Shown: piece after piece, positions 62,001 through 64,000 of the stretch
Numbering within the stretch: position 1 is the first letter of the stretch
How the letters are laid out: each line of letters begins with the position of its first letter
Assembly: GCA_963777505.1 (NCBI GenBank)
Contig: CAVZQN010000011.1
Location: forward strand, 96,001 to 160,000
From: an uncultured bacterium
Lineage (GTDB): Bacteria > Acidobacteriota > HRBIN11 > JAKEFK01
Reading direction: 5' to 3'
DNA: 64,000 bases
The notes under the pieces: generated by a model
The model's database searches: none
Told to the model about the DNA's origin: nothing
Seen by the model: the letters and a program-made list of their open reading frames with translations, nothing else
Translations under genes and position numbers: made by a program

Positions 62001-62502
62001 GCGAATAGATTCGCTGAAGAGCTCCGAGTTCTTGAAAATCAAGATGGATTGCAATTGATGGATCCTGCCTCGCTTCTTCGAGGGCTTCTCGTAAAAGTTC
62101 AGCATTCAATCCGCCATCGATCAAATCGCGGATTGACTGGTAGAGCGCCTGACAAATACGAAAGGAACGGAATGGCTCTAGCTTGTGATTTACCGCAATG
62201 CTGTAGAGAGCAAAAGGGAAAAAGATAGAATCAGATACGAGAGCCTTTTGTGACTGCATCGTATCGAGCACAATTTTGATTGCAAGATGATTGATTGACA
62301 TCAAATTCAAACCGTAAAAACCGGTTGAATTTTCCGTAGCATACGCTCGTAAAAGCGCTGCTCGCATCGCACGAGTCGGAACGATCACCAGAACCTGATC
62401 ACGAACTGGATCGCTCCTCTTTTCGAGCGCCTCTCGAATCTGCTTAATCACCCGATCTTGCAATGTGGGATAAAGCTCACCACACTCCAGTGAAACACCC
62501 AT
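59095..62502 (-). CDS. addB: AddB-like inactive helicase + PD-(D/E)xK nuclease with Fe-S cysteines
   Basis: VYGFYD, RGLNADYVFL, LSYSKL...CPFQFF, GILD...SDLK, CKYCSYTQLCR; overlaps the addA start. Confidence 0.85.
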   Translation of the reverse strand: MGVSLECGELYPTLQDRVIKQIREALEKRSDPVRDQVLVIVPTRAMRAALLRAYATENSTGFYGLNLMSINHLAIKIVLDTMQSQKALVSDSIFFPFALYSIAVNHKLEPFRSFRICQALYQSIRDLIDGGLNAELLREALEEARQDPSIAIHLDFQELGALQRIYSRFETFLQEHRILNLQTSAANAHSAAAAWAKSKRISSVFVYGFYDATQTQSDVLEEIIRGTVENNNRARIFFPFQVQDTTVEHPAQYAQPFFDRLYSLTSRFGGEILCHEKRVPLASVDLDSALFQDGTLKHKELARVDFFSAAGPYDEAWAVAKKILDLVRNHGASFDQILVMTRALEDPLPLIRVFEENQIPSNLVRGTTLAHDPYARFSSLVLRARQSRLNAATLFEFLSSPFVMRTGYKDIRNVKDLMERLYIRNWDDWDRLKPLLNDQPLPSLLEEEVQENEDKRLAWHNTARSLMSLRQLLSQIPEKASLPAFAKSLITALNSLSVQNRNEPPQIPAVQHPIKKKKKAGQLALLFEETEAVRMQKENVASVNPAFQPVLDLLNKLSEYSLLDSLEITISEFSHVLELYLKQTTIDTNQHQTQGVQIGDIMQVRGLNADYVFLLHLNREIFPRRQFEDPFLPDKAREVLRDITGVGPSPVRIQRSPNSRLFPLKEGGEEELLLYSIALRSAKQHLFLSYQRADAQGRKQTCSAYLDESLRLLTGKTSENNPAVRVIPKQLEAKLFEKKIARPEVLPTFAECSALAEWFAPEEVLLHTHQLPAEFAKQTLQFARRMNSYDLNEALNVDGCLEKQEDVWRSLLQQRNADHLRLSYSKLKTFMICPFQFFGTAVLGLEESPKEIDNEEQDLDPLTKGILAETVVKESIKELKKSTISIEEAVRKAAEDLRQKYSDIFPPLILNLYVKKFQRGAENLLKYLQAEGFDLKLALTPGLDNKETVELVGAKTNSYGFPVIISGILDLITYKTGKQNGLISDLKWGSSRTANTENMMHSNGELQFCLYPAMHEVTSGEFLPFRYFRLNMFEQFGDPRNTERELIRLNLPSESMEKALRVFGGKSTPAETYTKENQFLKTQNCGIELLKGQFRILKDPSGPFSDCKYCSYTQLCRRTHAATLLRRRMASVEEQ

Positions 62503-62567
62503 ATCTTATGTTTATTATACGTGATAGGGGCGGTGGATTAGTGAAAAAACAATTGTGGCTGTACGCA

Positions 62568-62709
62568 AAGGAAAGGGAGCAGGGGTGCAGGGGAGAAAGG
62601 GAGAATTGAAAGGAAGAGTATTTGTAGCTGCGCAATACGCATCGCATAGCTACAATGACTTCTGTTCTGCACTCACCCCTGCTCCCCAGCTCCCTTTCTC
62701 CCTTTCCTT
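62568..62709. repeat. Short tandem 8-mer repeats in inverted arrangement (STRR-like)
   Basis: GGGAGCAG-GGGTGCAG-GGGAGAAA-GGGAGAA and downstream complement CACCCCTGCTCCCCAGCTCCCTTTCTCCC. Confidence 0.65.
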
Positions 62710-62757
62710 ATCCAAAACCATCGAGCTAAAATCAAGTTAAGCATGAAGGAGTGAACA

Positions 62758-63324
62758 ATGAACGAACGCCCGTTATTTATTCCTGTGATTCTAGGAACGC
62801 CTCGGCAGGGAAGGCAGAGTGAACATGTCGCGCGGTTCATTCATTCGGAGGTTCAAAAGCGTAAAGGAGTTGAATCGGAACTCATCGACATACGTGAAAT
62901 GAACTTAACTACGCGTGATGCAGGAGAAGCGATTAAAGATCCAAAGTTTTCTGAATCAATGACGCGAGCTGATGGAATCGTTATTGTGACGCCCGAATAC
63001 AATCATGGTTATCCGGGCATGTTAAAACATGTACTTGATAGTTGTTTGAAGGAATATGTCCACAAAGCGGTAGCTATTTGTGGAGTTTCGGCTGGAGGCT
63101 TCGGTGGAACGCGTGTCGTTGAAAATATGCTTCCAGTGATGCGTGAACTGGGCCTTGTCACGATTTTTTGGGATGGAAATTTTTCATCAGTTCAAAATGT
63201 TTTTGATGACAAGGGGAATCTCAAAGATGAATCATATATAAAAAGAGCCGGTAAATTCCTGAAAGAGTTAATCTGGATGTCCACAGTACTTAGATATGGC
63301 CGCGAAAATATAACGATAGAATAG
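62758..63324 (+). CDS. NADPH-dependent FMN reductase
   Basis: ILGTPRQGRQS, TPEYNHGYPGMLK, SAGGFGG. Confidence 0.88.
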   Translation: MNERPLFIPVILGTPRQGRQSEHVARFIHSEVQKRKGVESELIDIREMNLTTRDAGEAIKDPKFSESMTRADGIVIVTPEYNHGYPGMLKHVLDSCLKEYVHKAVAICGVSAGGFGGTRVVENMLPVMRELGLVTIFWDGNFSSVQNVFDDKGNLKDESYIKRAGKFLKELIWMSTVLRYGRENITIE

Positions 63325-63336
63325 GAGCGAAGAAAA

Positions 63337-63489
63337 ATGGCAGCCCCAAATCCTTTAATGTGTAAAAAATGCAACATTCCGATGAATCATCATGCAGAAA
63401 AACAAGATCAAAGCACCGGTGAGGTTTTGGAAATTCATACATGTCCTGGGTGCGGGTCAATCGATAGCCGCGTTCAGAAGCCGGAGTAA
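63337..63489 (+). CDS. Zinc-finger microprotein (50 aa, not in the ORF track)
   Basis: SD AGGAG; MAAPNPLMCKKCNIPMNHHAEK...EIHTCPGCGSIDSRVQKPE*. Confidence 0.75.
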   Translation: MAAPNPLMCKKCNIPMNHHAEKQDQSTGEVLEIHTCPGCGSIDSRVQKPE

Positions 63490-63497
63490 CACCGTCT

Positions 63498-64000
63498 TTG
63501 TTAAAATTATCGAAATCAGACCAGGCGTATCTTCAGAAGTTTTACAAGATCTTTGCTACAGCCGAGCAAGCAGAAACCTATTTGAAAGATTGTTCAGGCA
63601 GGGTTCAGGTGGTAATGTCATGGCTCAAGGAACTTCAACCACAAATAAAGTCATTGCTTGAACTTGGATCCAATCCATATTTCCAGACTTTGCTGATTCA
63701 AAAGTACTTCTCATTCGATCTCCATCTTGCAAATTATTTTGGAGATTCCTCTCGTAATGGCTTGCAAGTCGATTCTGTTAATGTCGATGGAAAGATTCAT
63801 GAATTCAAATATCAGCATTTTAATATTGAATGCGAACGGTTTCCTTATCCGGATTCAACATTTGATGCTGTTCTTTTTTGCGAGATTATTGAACACTTGC
63901 TGCTGAGTGCAGATGCTCCGATCGCTGAAATTGGCCGCATTTTAAAGCCTGGAGGATACCATGATTATTTCGACTCCAAATGTGGTGAGGCTTGCTAATT
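63498..64000 (+). CDS. Class I SAM-dependent methyltransferase (partial; probable indel near 63960)
   Basis: LLELGSNP, FPYPDSTFDAVLFCEIIEHL, RILKPGG. Confidence 0.8.

Noticed and set aside
1-64000. CRISPR array or cas genes
   Set aside because: No regularly spaced identical repeats; the PD-(D/E)xK and Fe-S motifs belong to AddAB, not Cas4

Overview
Bacterial genomic window (roughly 43-45% GC by eye; the gene content, including a carboxypeptidase-domain TonB receptor, an ECF/Ser-Thr kinase pair and GTAG-type REPs, is compatible with an Acidobacteriota-like diderm, but this is inference). Most of it is housekeeping or metabolic: gdhA, queG, ClC channel, galE, pepA, idh, nuoF, proS, cls, addAB and tRNA-Leu(CAA). 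Many genes are split by 1-nt indels, which points to an error-prone (probably long-read) assembly rather than true pseudogenes. The main observation is a compact minus-strand operon at about 13.3-17.2 kb encoding a eukaryote-like ubiquitination cascade: a UBA3-like E1, a YukD/EsaB-fold Ubl with a cleavable C-terminal tail, a UBC E2 and a JAB/MPN peptidase. It is tightly linked to an uncharacterised Zn-ribbon/RING-like + L7/L12-CTD-like protein and a macrodomain, and it abuts a vapBC toxin-antitoxin module. Three of its proteins carry basic SIM-like terminal strands. Other observations: mirror-image duplicated [CPxCG zinc-finger microprotein + single-domain receiver] modules flanking a TonB receptor next to the tRNA, one receiver with Asp and the other with Glu; a palindromic repeat inserted in-frame in addA; a possible beta-clamp motif in AddB; a zincin peptidase + Ddl-like ATP-grasp pair; a Lys/Gly-rich amphipathic orphan protein; and several unannotated microproteins. 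No CRISPR array, integrase or transposase was seen.
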